A stretch of 64,000 nt of DNA from a virus. Below, piece after piece: positions 1 through 9,881 of the stretch. The first letter of the stretch is position 1; each line of letters begins with the position of its first letter. The translations under genes and the position numbers were made by a program. The stretch spans positions 20,027 through 84,026 of IMG/VR virus record IMGVR_UViG_3300044629_000131; one strand, given 5' to 3'. A model generated the notes under the pieces. The model saw nothing but the letters and a program-made list of their open reading frames with translations, was not told where the DNA came from and searched no databases.

Positions 1-1
1 T

Positions 2-3000
2 GGCGGTGCTTTTGCTAGCGATTCTCTGATTGCTACCCAAAAAGCAATTAGAGATTATATTGGTAATAATCTTGGACCATATCTCAACAAACCATATTCA
101 ACAAACGCTGTTCCAAGAGCTCTTGTTGAATTAACAGATTCTGGTAAGATATCACTAGATCAAATACCAGCACTACGACCATTCAGTGTATTTACTGTTG
201 ATGATTTATCCGCAAGATTAGCACTTGAAGGTCCATTAGCAGGCGATATTGCTATCCAAACAGATACAAATACATCATTCATTCTGAATAATGACCTTAC
301 TAGTCTATATCTTGGAATTCCTGTTGATAACTCATATACCTTTACGGTTGGATCTTTGGTTACTGGAGATTTAACAAATGGAATTCTTCAAGTTACCGAA
401 TATCGCAAAGGTGTAGTTTACGAAATTCAAATAACTGATTCTGGATCTGGTTATACTTCAGCACCAACAGTAACTGTTGGTGCTCCAGGAACTGGTGTTT
501 CCGCAACAGCTGTTGCTTCTATCGCAAATGGGGAAGTTGTTACTGTTACAATAACATTTAATAATGGATATATTGGTGGTTATGGATACACTACTGCTCC
601 AACAATTTCATTTAGTGCTCCTGGTGCTGGAGGAACTACTGCGGCTGCTAATGCTCTGATAGAATCAAGAGTTTATGGAGACATAGTTAATAGAATTAAG
701 ATATCAGATACTGATTCAGTATTAGATCATTCTGGAACACCAATTTCTGTTAATGTAACTAGGGTCATTAATACATCTGCATCAGATGCTAATAACTGGG
801 TTTCTCTCTCATCATCTTCTGTTTCTGCTCAAGATATTACTTCTGGTGTAATTTCAACATCAAGACTTGCTCAAAATTCATCTGAAGCAAATTCATTTAC
901 ATTCTTAGCTGGTGATCAAACATATAAACCAGTAACTCAAACAATCAAAGCACAAGAAAGAAGGTATTTCTTAAAAACAATTGCCACTTCAACAACTCCA
1001 TCGGCAGCATTAGTAGTTCAACCAGATTCTAGACTGTTAATAGGGCATGAAGTATTTGGTAATGGTATCGCAGAAAATACCACAATTTCCCAATTAATAA
1101 CTACAGAGGGAACAACTACTATTACATTAAGTTCTCCTATAACTCAAAATATTTCTAGTGGTTCTGTAATCACATTTAGAAGACCAGAGTCTGTAGTTCT
1201 ATTTGAGTCATCTTTCGTAAAGACAAACTATATTGATTCTATTATTATTCAAAGTGGTGGATCTGGATACACAAATGGTCAATACTTTGGTATCCCATTA
1301 ACTGGAGGAACTGGCACTGGATTAACAGCAAATATAGTTGTGTCTAGTGGAGAAGTTACTAGCATTACAGTAGCAGATGGTGGTGTTAATTATACGGAAG
1401 ATTTTGTTGTTGATGATGAACCCATCGTTCTTGGCGCTGGAGTTGGTCTAGTTTTACTGGCAAAATTAGCTGGAAGCACAAAAAATGCTGGTGTGATTGG
1501 TATGGATATTAAGAGAGTTGATGACAAAACTCTTAATGCTGATCCATATGGAAATGCTGGTGTTGCTAGATTCTTAAAATCCGATACTCCACTTGGAAGA
1601 ATTGGACAGTTTAGATTTTCTGCTGGTGGTGGTGTTTATATTGACCAAGGCCCAGATTCTGGATTTGATGCGGATAAACTCGATGGACAGCAGGGCAATT
1701 ATTACCTAAACGGTGCTAATTTCTTAGATGCTAGTATTTCCCCATCTAAGCTAACAAGTGGAACTTATAATATTGATATCAGTGGACAGTCTGGTAATAC
1801 ACTAAGACTAACTACACAAACAGGAAACCCAAATAATAGTGCGTTACCAAACGTATCTAATGTTGGTATAACATCAGATTGGAGAGCTAATACTGCTGAT
1901 GGATTAGTAGATCCGTTTAGACCAAGCGATCCAGATAGCGGATATCATGGAGTAATTACATTTAGACAATTTGGAAGTGCTAATGACCAAACTGGTGGTG
2001 GAGTAAGACAATTAGGATTTACGGATAAAAACAATTTATGGATTCGTGGATCTGGTGCTGGAGTTGCAAACTGGAGTGATTGGAGAGTTGTTTGGACTAG
2101 TGGAAATGATGGTGTGGATAGTGGTCTTGATGCTGACAGATTGGATGGAAAACAAGGATCCTTCTACCAAAATGCCCAAAACATAAACACTGGTGTGTTT
2201 GGAGCATACCACCTACCAACATTATTTGACACAACAAAAATACTCACAAATCTCTCTATTCAAAGTTATGATGGCAATCCATTCTATAACATCTATATTT
2301 CTGGAAAAGCATTAACAACATTCCCATTCCAGGTTAATCAAACTGTCAATCTTTATGATAGTAATCTACAGGGTGTTGGAAGTGTTTACATTAGTAATGT
2401 TACTGCTGATGGTACTAGTGCTGACTCAACAGATCATTATACAATCTTAGAGGTTAGATTGGATAATGGTGGATTTGGAAATGCTATAAGAATTGGTACA
2501 GCATCAATCAATGAAATCTTCCATGATTATACCCCCTCTACACAAACAGCGAGAGAGTATGCTTCCTTAACTTCTTCTGGTGGATCTGGAAGATTGCGTT
2601 TGGGTTCTTTAACTACATCATCTTCCCCAGTAGTAGACTTTAACTCAAGCGGAAATAATATCACATATGATGTAAGACTTCAAGCTACTGGTGGTAATTC
2701 ATCCAATGGCAATGGAGAACTCAATGTTATTGTTGCGAATACAAACTCACTTAAGGTTAATAATAATATTGTTTGGAATGCTGGAAATGTAACATTTAAT
2801 TCTGGTCTAAGTTCTGGAGCATATAATACTGCTGCCAATGGAACAGCTGTACTGAGAGATTCCACTGGCAATTTTGCTGCTAATTTTATAACAGCTTCGC
2901 TCATTGGTGCCGCTTCTCTAAACGTTCTCAAGACTGGTGACACAATGAGTGGCGATCTGACTGTTGGATCGGTTACTAGATCATCCAGTTCTTTTGTACG

Positions 3001-4309
3001 TGTATTGAGTAACGATTCAAATAGTGCTGGATTTGAAGCGTATGGGAACAACCAGGGAACTGGATACCTATACATTGGTCAGTCTAATGCTTATGGTGGT
3101 GGATTGTCATATAACGGTGATGGATCTCCAGCATATGCTACTGGAGAAATAGCAGATAACATTGCTTTCTATAGAACAGATAATGGCACAAGAACTGTTG
3201 TTTTCCAATATCCATATAACTCAAATACCGTAACTTTTGCTGGTGCTATTACAACTGGAGAAGCAATATTTAATGGTGGAACAAATAGTAATGGAAATGA
3301 TGCCACAGTTTACATAACAGCAACTAACAACAACGATTGGGGACTTATTGTTGACAAATACAATGGTTCCGCAACAGAATACGGAATTATGGTTGATGTT
3401 GGTTCTTCTGCTACTTATGCTTTAAGAGTTAGAGGAAATGACAGTGAAACCTTTAGAGTTGGTGGTAATGGTAATATTGTCGGTACTGGACTTGCTCTAG
3501 GAACTACTGGAGATATTACATCGGTAAGAACTATTACTTTATCGGGTAATATTTCACTAACCGCAAACTCAACAAGAATTCAACAAACTTCAACTTCTTC
3601 TTGGAGTGGTGACGCTGGAACAGGATTTGGTAAACTTGAATACCACTCAAACAGATGGTATATCAATGCTGGTTCTGATAGCACAGAAATTCTAAGAATT
3701 AGAAGAGGCGGAACTGATCAGGTAGTTATTGATAACAGTGGTAATACTTCTTTTGGTAATACTTCAACTGCTACAATTACAGCTGGTCTACTTCGCTTGG
3801 GATCTGGAGCATCAGATGGTATCCAAATTACTGGTTCGGCACCAACAATCTCATTTAGAGACACGGATCATAGAACTGCTTATGTTCATGTTAATAGTAA
3901 CATATTCTATGTTTTAGGTGGTGGGGTTAACGCAAATCCTGGAGCATGGTCACAAGTTGCTAATAGCAGATGGCCTCTACAAATTGATCTTACAAATAAC
4001 AATGCTCAATTTGGAGGTGATATTGATGCCAATACTGGTAACGTTTTTGCTAGAAGTTTCAGAACACCAGGAGCATCATTTGGTAGTGGTTCTGTTGGAA
4101 GTGATGCTAATAACAATAATTATGTTTTATACGCCAATGGAGATAGACAATGGTTGGATTCATTTGGGGTTGTCAAAGCAAATAGACAATCAATTGGAGA
4201 GAATTTAACAATACCAACAACACTCAATGCTTGTAGTTATGGACCAATCACGATTAATAATGGCGTTACTGTCTACATTGGAAACGGTGGGACGTGGACA
4301 ATTGTTTAA
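2..4309 (+). CDS. Large tail fibre / virion structural protein, 5'-truncated (starts before the window)
   Basis: Frame is open from nt 2 (GGAFASDSLIATQKAIRDY...) into the ORF called at 356; Gly/Ser/Thr/Asn-rich; GSGYTSAPTV modules; two DADxLDG fibre motifs; C-terminal NACSYGPITINNGVTVYIGNGGTWTIV. Confidence 0.85.
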   Translation, partial: GGAFASDSLIATQKAIRDYIGNNLGPYLNKPYSTNAVPRALVELTDSGKISLDQIPALRPFSVFTVDDLSARLALEGPLAGDIAIQTDTNTSFILNNDLTSLYLGIPVDNSYTFTVGSLVTGDLTNGILQVTEYRKGVVYEIQITDSGSGYTSAPTVTVGAPGTGVSATAVASIANGEVVTVTITFNNGYIGGYGYTTAPTISFSAPGAGGTTAAANALIESRVYGDIVNRIKISDTDSVLDHSGTPISVNVTRVINTSASDANNWVSLSSSSVSAQDITSGVISTSRLAQNSSEANSFTFLAGDQTYKPVTQTIKAQERRYFLKTIATSTTPSAALVVQPDSRLLIGHEVFGNGIAENTTISQLITTEGTTTITLSSPITQNISSGSVITFRRPESVVLFESSFVKTNYIDSIIIQSGGSGYTNGQYFGIPLTGGTGTGLTANIVVSSGEVTSITVADGGVNYTEDFVVDDEPIVLGAGVGLVLLAKLAGSTKNAGVIGMDIKRVDDKTLNADPYGNAGVARFLKSDTPLGRIGQFRFSAGGGVYIDQGPDSGFDADKLDGQQGNYYLNGANFLDASISPSKLTSGTYNIDISGQSGNTLRLTTQTGNPNNSALPNVSNVGITSDWRANTADGLVDPFRPSDPDSGYHGVITFRQFGSANDQTGGGVRQLGFTDKNNLWIRGSGAGVANWSDWRVVWTSGNDGVDSGLDADRLDGKQGSFYQNAQNINTGVFGAYHLPTLFDTTKILTNLSIQSYDGNPFYNIYISGKALTTFPFQVNQTVNLYDSNLQGVGSVYISNVTADGTSADSTDHYTILEVRLDNGGFGNAIRIGTASINEIFHDYTPSTQTAREYASLTSSGGSGRLRLGSLTTSSSPVVDFNSSGNNITYDVRLQATGGNSSNGNGELNVIVANTNSLKVNNNIVWNAGNVTFNSGLSSGAYNTAANGTAVLRDSTGNFAANFITASLIGAASLNVLKTGDTMSGDLTVGSVTRSSSSFVRVLSNDSNSAGFEAYGNNQGTGYLYIGQSNAYGGGLSYNGDGSPAYATGEIADNIAFYRTDNGTRTVVFQYPYNSNTVTFAGAITTGEAIFNGGTNSNGNDATVYITATNNNDWGLIVDKYNGSATEYGIMVDVGSSATYALRVRGNDSETFRVGGNGNIVGTGLALGTTGDITSVRTITLSGNISLTANSTRIQQTSTSSWSGDAGTGFGKLEYHSNRWYINAGSDSTEILRIRRGGTDQVVIDNSGNTSFGNTSTATITAGLLRLGSGASDGIQITGSAPTISFRDTDHRTAYVHVNSNIFYVLGGGVNANPGAWSQVANSRWPLQIDLTNNNAQFGGDIDANTGNVFARSFRTPGASFGSGSVGSDANNNNYVLYANGDRQWLDSFGVVKANRQSIGENLTIPTTLNACSYGPITINNGVTVYIGNGGTWTIV

Positions 4310-4339
4310 TAAATAAAGTATACAGAATTAAAAAATCCA

Positions 4340-4897
4340 ATGAGCACTGTAATAACTAATAATGTATTTTCTGTAGATGGAAGACCTCTTCTTTTTTCAT
4401 CTGGATCAATAGTTCAATGTACAGTTGTTCGCATGGATACGAGGACTGGAATATCTTGTTCAAATAGTGGAAATGGAACTGAAATTACTGGTCTACGATT
4501 ATTCATCACACCAAGGAGTGCTTCCAATAGAATTATTTGTAAATGGATGATGAATGGCGAATTTAGCAATGAAAACTGTGTTGTTACTATTTTCAGAAAT
4601 GGTGGATTAATTACAGATGGTGGCGCACAGGGATACAATGCTCAAGGCGGAAATACTAGGTGGTCTGGAGTATCTACATCAGTTTATGATCAGAATAATG
4701 ACTCAACTGGTCAAAATACCATAGTAACTTGGTCTGGAATAGCAAACACAACTTCTTCATTATTTTTTGCTCCTGCTGTAAGAAGTTCTAATAGTGGAAA
4801 CTACACGTTTTTTATTAATAGAACTGTTGCGTCAAATGGACAAAATGCTTATGAAACACCGTATTCAACTGGAGTGTGTTGGGAGGTAGCAGTATGA
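4340..4897 (+). CDS. Putative fibre-tip/receptor-binding protein, paralog A
   Basis: 185 aa; aligns with the next two ORFs (GxxxQ, ITP, NRT...GQ...E); ATAAATA late promoter at ~4309. Confidence 0.65.
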   Translation: MSTVITNNVFSVDGRPLLFSSGSIVQCTVVRMDTRTGISCSNSGNGTEITGLRLFITPRSASNRIICKWMMNGEFSNENCVVTIFRNGGLITDGGAQGYNAQGGNTRWSGVSTSVYDQNNDSTGQNTIVTWSGIANTTSSLFFAPAVRSSNSGNYTFFINRTVASNGQNAYETPYSTGVCWEVAV

Positions 4898-5460
4898 GTA
4901 ATTTAAAAGTTAACAGTATTACAAATACAAGTGGTAAAAGATTATTGGATAGTACTGGAAATATAGTTCAAACAGTATATGTTAGAACTGATAGTAGAAG
5001 TGGTTGGTCTTCCAATAACAGATATCAATTTACTCCAATCACAGATTTAACACTTGAAATCACACCAAGAAATCCAGATAATATAATTGTCGTTCAATGT
5101 AAATTATTTGCTGAAATACACCATGATAATTTAATGACAATTCTGGCAGATTATGGTTCTGGTACATTGCCATATGGTGCTGTAGAAGGATATTCAATGG
5201 CAAACTTTAACCCAAGATACATTGGTATGATCGCAGGAGATTATACAGGTGCTGATAATAGTTCAACCTCCAGAGATTTCTTTATGCAGGGAATTTGGAG
5301 AGCAAATGGTACTAGTGCGATTAGGTTTATGCCAGGTTGTAAAGGTTCTGGGGGTGCTGATTATACACTCTTTCTCAATCGGACACAATCATCAACTGGT
5401 CAAGATTCATTTGAAGCTGGGATTTCTGATATGATTGCTTTTGAAGTTTCACAGAGGTAA
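4894..5460 (+). CDS. Putative fibre-tip protein, paralog B
   Basis: ATGA overlap at 4894 (MSNLKVNSI...); same motifs as paralogs A and C. Confidence 0.65.
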   Translation: MSNLKVNSITNTSGKRLLDSTGNIVQTVYVRTDSRSGWSSNNRYQFTPITDLTLEITPRNPDNIIVVQCKLFAEIHHDNLMTILADYGSGTLPYGAVEGYSMANFNPRYIGMIAGDYTGADNSSTSRDFFMQGIWRANGTSAIRFMPGCKGSGGADYTLFLNRTQSSTGQDSFEAGISDMIAFEVSQR

Positions 5461-5465
5461 AATTT

Positions 5466-6023
5466 ATGTCAATACTAAGAGTAAACACCGTTCAGACTAC
5501 TGCTGGACGAAATATATTAACCAATGACGGTCCAGTTATTCAGGTTAATACGAAAATGACCGATAAAAGAATTGACATATCATCTCCAAATGGTGGAAAT
5601 GGAACACCAATATATGAACTTGGGGTTGGCATTACACCAACATCTTCATCCAGTAGATTAATCATAGAGTGGATGATAATGGGTGAATTACACCAAGATA
5701 ATGTCTTTACAATTTATAGAAATGGTGGTTTAGCAACAACATCATTTGAAGAAGGATTCAATAGAGATGTAGGAAATCAAAGATGGTCTGGCATTGCTTC
5801 TGCTTGGTATGATAGGGATGAAAATTCCACACCTTCATGTTGGTATCTATTGTACCATTGTATTGCCAACACAACTTCATATACTTATTTTTATCCAGCT
5901 GTCAGGAGTTCTTCCACAGGAAACTATAATTTCTATTTAAATAGAACTCAAGGTTCATGGGGTCAAGAAAACTATGAGGTTGGTATTTCATCTGTTACAA
6001 TTTACGAATCAATCAGACCATAA
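5466..6023 (+). CDS. Putative fibre-tip protein, paralog C
   Basis: 185 aa; RNGG, RWSG, IANTTS, PAVRSS, NRT shared with paralog A. Confidence 0.65.
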   Translation: MSILRVNTVQTTAGRNILTNDGPVIQVNTKMTDKRIDISSPNGGNGTPIYELGVGITPTSSSSRLIIEWMIMGELHQDNVFTIYRNGGLATTSFEEGFNRDVGNQRWSGIASAWYDRDENSTPSCWYLLYHCIANTTSYTYFYPAVRSSSTGNYNFYLNRTQGSWGQENYEVGISSVTIYESIRP

Positions 6024-6055
6024 ATAAAGTAAGTTATCGTATTTAAAGAATTATC

Positions 6056-6379
6056 ATGCGTAGAAGAATGCCAGGTGCTCCAGATATTACGGATGCCTTA
6101 CATGCTCTATATCCAGAGGGTGCTTATTGGTCCGTTGATCAGGATGGAAATATTGAATGGATGGATTTGAATGAAAAACCGAAACCAGAGATTTCTGTAG
6201 TTCAAGCAAAATTAGATGAACTTACAGAAATTTATAATAGAGAGCAATTATACCAAAATCAAAGAGTTTCTGAATATCCAGAATATCACGAACAATTGGA
6301 TATGCTATTCAATCTTGGATATGATGGATGGAAAGCAGAGATTCAAAAAATTAAAGATAAGTACCCCAGACCAGAATAA
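6056..6379 (+). CDS. Tail fibre assembly chaperone-like protein
   Basis: C-terminal R..EYP...EQLDML....G...W...I..IKDKYP motif typical of small proteins following fibre genes; late promoter at ~6021. Confidence 0.6.
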   Translation: MRRRMPGAPDITDALHALYPEGAYWSVDQDGNIEWMDLNEKPKPEISVVQAKLDELTEIYNREQLYQNQRVSEYPEYHEQLDMLFNLGYDGWKAEIQKIKDKYPRPE

Positions 6380-6393
6380 TTCCGACTTTTATT

Positions 6394-7083
6394 ATGATAG
6401 TGATTGATAATTGGTACGAAAATCCAGATGATATTAGAAATCTAGCTTTAAGTAAATTCAAAGATAGTGGTAAAGTAATATCTGGAAAATCAATAAAAAA
6501 AGATAATGGATTTGAAATGTACCCTGGCAATCGGGTTTTTTCTGATTTATCAAATTTAATAGAGAATAAAAAAATAATTGAAGAAAAATCTGGATTGAAA
6601 ATTGACCCAAAGAAATGGATTTTTACCGCGTCATGTAACTGGCAAGAGCAAATCAATTTGCTAGAATTTGATATTGAAAATTTATCTATGAAAATTATTG
6701 GAACAGATTTGTATTTAAATAATTTTTTAACTTTGGCAAATGGAAATTTTCAATATTGTCCCAAAGATTCCACACGCTGGATTCACACAGATAAAAAAAA
6801 TACTCACGCAGCTGTAGTTTATTTACATCCAAATCCAGTTATTGGTTCTGGCACTGGTTTCTTTAAGCACAAAGAAACTGAAAAATATTACGAAGATGGA
6901 GAAATATTTTCTTTTGAAGAATCTTCAGATTTTGATAAATGGAATATGATAGAATACGTAGAAAATCAATATAATAGATGTATTATTTTTGACGCAAAAC
7001 GTTGTCATTCTGCCACAAAATATTTTGGAGATACCCCAGAAAATTCTAGATTGACACAAGTATTCTTTTTTGACATTTTATGA
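6394..7083 (+). CDS. 2OG-Fe(II) oxygenase-like protein (DUF6445-type)
   Basis: IVIDNWYENPD start, WIHTD (HxD), AAVVYL, YNRCIIFD..RCHS, RLTQVFF. Confidence 0.7.
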   Translation: MIVIDNWYENPDDIRNLALSKFKDSGKVISGKSIKKDNGFEMYPGNRVFSDLSNLIENKKIIEEKSGLKIDPKKWIFTASCNWQEQINLLEFDIENLSMKIIGTDLYLNNFLTLANGNFQYCPKDSTRWIHTDKKNTHAAVVYLHPNPVIGSGTGFFKHKETEKYYEDGEIFSFEESSDFDKWNMIEYVENQYNRCIIFDAKRCHSATKYFGDTPENSRLTQVFFFDIL

Positions 7084-7667
7084 TTGAAAATATTTTTAAA
7101 ATTCCTATAGGTAAATACTCAATAGATGACTGGGAAAATTTGAATAAGACTTATGCTCTAAGTCAATATGCCAATTCATTTATTGAAGAAATAAACAAGG
7201 AAAATATCTCGGAAGGAGATAATTTGTATACTGATTTTATGACCAACTCTAAAAATAATAGAGTTCCTCAGTATATTAATAATATGCTTGGTCTATTTAC
7301 AAAACCAGCTCAGAATTTTTTCAATGATATTTCTTCAATTTCTCCTCAAATTGGTTTATACAATTGGAGAGTAACATCAGCTTGGTTTGAAAAATTGACC
7401 AGCAATCAAATCCATGGTGCTCATAATCATGGAGCAATTGGATTTAGCGCAGTTTTATACATAGATTTTGATTTGGAATTTCATAGAGCAACAACCTTTC
7501 TGTCTCCATATGGAGATTTTATTGGTGGTGTTACTCAAATGTATACTCCCCCAGATATTAAATCTGGAGATGTAATATTTTTTCCGAGTTTCTTAAATCA
7601 TTATGCTCCCAAAAACAATTCAGAAAAAGAAAGGATAATTTTTTCTTGTAATTTTTCTCCATTTTAA
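7080..7667 (+). CDS. Putative 2OG-Fe(II) oxygenase (TIGR02466-like)
   Basis: HNH...FSAVLY, GDVIFFPSFLNH, RIIFSCN. Confidence 0.75.
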   Translation: MIENIFKIPIGKYSIDDWENLNKTYALSQYANSFIEEINKENISEGDNLYTDFMTNSKNNRVPQYINNMLGLFTKPAQNFFNDISSISPQIGLYNWRVTSAWFEKLTSNQIHGAHNHGAIGFSAVLYIDFDLEFHRATTFLSPYGDFIGGVTQMYTPPDIKSGDVIFFPSFLNHYAPKNNSEKERIIFSCNFSPF

Positions 7668-7707
7668 TGAAACTAAATAACAATACACACCATTACTAGT
7701 GATAACT

Positions 7708-7899
7708 ATGGATACCGCACAACTCAAAAAGAATTTTGAAGAGCAACTTGCTACTACAGATAAGCAGATTGCCGAACTAGAAGAAAACCTCACTAAAGCA
7801 AAAGAATACAAGCTTAAGTTACAGGGTGGTCTAGAAACTCTAAGTCTTCTAGAAGAACCAGCAGCAGAAGAAGCACCTGCTGAAGTAGTAGCAGAATAA
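7708..7899 (+). CDS. Small coiled-coil protein
   Basis: Heptad pattern with acidic tail; CTAAATA late promoter at ~7674. Confidence 0.65.
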   Translation: MDTAQLKKNFEEQLATTDKQIAELEENLTKAKEYKLKLQGGLETLSLLEEPAAEEAPAEVVAE

Positions 7900-7905
7900 T
7901 CCCAG

Positions 7906-7941
7906 ATCCCTTCTTACTAAATATGTAAGAAGGGATTTTTT
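7906..7941 (+). terminator. Intrinsic terminator with a late promoter in its loop
   Basis: 12-bp stem ATCCCTTCTTAC/GTAAGAAGGGAT, loop TAAATAT, T-run. Confidence 0.75.
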
Positions 7942-7948
7942 GTGTCTA

Positions 7949-8749
7949 ATGGCATCTCCAAATAGTAGAGCCTCTCTTATCACATATTGTAAAAGACAAC
8001 TGGGAGAACCAGTTCTTCAAATCAATATTGATGATGAGCAGGTAAGCAACGTTATTGACGATACTATTCAGTTCTTTCAAGAGAACTGCTATAACGGTAT
8101 GGAGCGTTGCTATCTGCGTCACGAGATTACTTCTGCCGATAAGACAAGATTAGATGATAAAGTTACAACCACAAATGGAACTACAAACTGGGAGGAAGCA
8201 ACGAATTATATTCCAATCCCAGATCATATTGTGGGTGTTAGTAAAGTATTTGGAGTGGTTGGAAATAGCATTCGCAGCAATTTATTTGGTATCGAATATC
8301 AGATCTTCCTTAATGACCTCTACGCTTTCGGATCTCTTGATATTCTCAATTACTTCATGACTAAGCAATATCTAGAAACTCTAGATATGATTTTAAATAA
8401 CGGATCATTCCAACAGTTTAGATATACGATGCGCCGTGATCGTCTGTATCTAGATGTTGACAAGGACTTTCTACAAGAGGGTCAGTGGCTATTGATTGAG
8501 GCGCACCGTCTCGTCAATCCAAATGACGCAACAGAAATGTATAATGATATGTTTGTGAAACGTTATGCCACTGCTCTCATGAAGAAGCAATGGGGACAAA
8601 ATCTCATCAAATACAATAACGTTCAATTGCCTGGTGGTATCTCACTCAACGGCAGACAGTTGTATGAGGATGCGATTGGTGAGATTGAGAAGATTGAAAG
8701 TGAAGTCCTCAGTAAGTATGCCGAACCACCTATGGATATGATCGGATAA
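7949..8749 (+). CDS. gp13: Neck protein gp13
   Basis: YCKRQLGEPVLQINIDDEQ and KQWGQNLIKY..VQLPGG motifs; position before gp14/gp15. Confidence 0.93.
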   Translation: MASPNSRASLITYCKRQLGEPVLQINIDDEQVSNVIDDTIQFFQENCYNGMERCYLRHEITSADKTRLDDKVTTTNGTTNWEEATNYIPIPDHIVGVSKVFGVVGNSIRSNLFGIEYQIFLNDLYAFGSLDILNYFMTKQYLETLDMILNNGSFQQFRYTMRRDRLYLDVDKDFLQEGQWLLIEAHRLVNPNDATEMYNDMFVKRYATALMKKQWGQNLIKYNNVQLPGGISLNGRQLYEDAIGEIEKIESEVLSKYAEPPMDMIG

Positions 8750-8750
8750 G

Positions 8751-9881
8751 ATGCCTACCAGTCCTTATTTTCCTACCTACTACCAAGGTCATCCTGGTGA
8801 GCAAAACCTCGCTCAGGATCTTGCTGACGAACAGATCAAACTGTTTGGAACAGATATCTATTATCTTCCAAGAACAATCTTGAAAGATAATACACTAGAT
8901 GATATTATCTATTCTAAGTATCAAGAGCAATTCCAGATTGAGATGCTTCTACAGAACGTGGAAGGTTTTGGTGAGCAGTCAGAATTTATCAGTAAATTTG
9001 GTGTCAAGATTACTGACGAAGTGAAGTTTATTGTTTCATCTAGAAGATGGGATCAAGCAGAAGCACAGTACAATCCAACCCTCACTGTTCCTGGAAGACC
9101 AAATGATGGAGATCTATTATACTTCCCACTCACTACAGATATCTACGAAATCAAATTTGTAGAAAGAGAAACTCCATTCTACCAGTTTGGTAAAATTCAA
9201 TTCTTTATTCTAACTGCTGAAATCTATGATGTCGGCAACGACAACCTTGAAACTGGAGTTCCAGAGATTGATGAGATTGAACAACTCTTCTCTAGTGCGT
9301 TCAAGCTTGTCATGGATCCTGGCGGTATTGGTAACTTTACAGTTGGAGAAGAGATCGTTGGAGATGAGTTCCTAGCAAAGGCAACATCATCAATTACTGG
9401 TGGTACTATAAGTGGAACAATAATCAGCGATGGTGGAGCATTCTACAATCCAGCAATTCCTCCAACTGTCACATTCTCGGCACCTCCAACAGGTGGTACT
9501 AGAGCTACTGGAACTGCCACGGTATCTTCAAATGGTATCGTGACTGGTATTTTCGTTACCAATCCTGGAAGTGGTTATACGTCTGCTCCTACAGTAACGA
9601 TTGACTACTCACCAAAAGATAACAGAGCAGAAGTCAAGTCCTGGAACCCAGCAACTCGCACTCTTGAAGTCATCAACAGAACTGGCACATTCACAACTGC
9701 TGAGACAATTACTGGTATCACATCTGGCGCTAAGTGGAGTCCATTCACTTTTGACACTCTAAATAATACCAACAGCGCCTACGATCAAAATAGAGAGATT
9801 GAGGATACCGCTGACGATATTGTGGATTGGACTGAAAGAAACCCATTCGGTGAATTTGGAAATTATACAGGTAGCATCTGA
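8751..9881 (+). CDS. gp14: Neck protein gp14 with an inserted beta-rich module
   Basis: EQIKLFGTDIYYLPR, PNDGDLLYFP, FYQFGK, C-terminal NPFG. Confidence 0.92.
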   Translation: MPTSPYFPTYYQGHPGEQNLAQDLADEQIKLFGTDIYYLPRTILKDNTLDDIIYSKYQEQFQIEMLLQNVEGFGEQSEFISKFGVKITDEVKFIVSSRRWDQAEAQYNPTLTVPGRPNDGDLLYFPLTTDIYEIKFVERETPFYQFGKIQFFILTAEIYDVGNDNLETGVPEIDEIEQLFSSAFKLVMDPGGIGNFTVGEEIVGDEFLAKATSSITGGTISGTIISDGGAFYNPAIPPTVTFSAPPTGGTRATGTATVSSNGIVTGIFVTNPGSGYTSAPTVTIDYSPKDNRAEVKSWNPATRTLEVINRTGTFTTAETITGITSGAKWSPFTFDTLNNTNSAYDQNREIEDTADDIVDWTERNPFGEFGNYTGSI

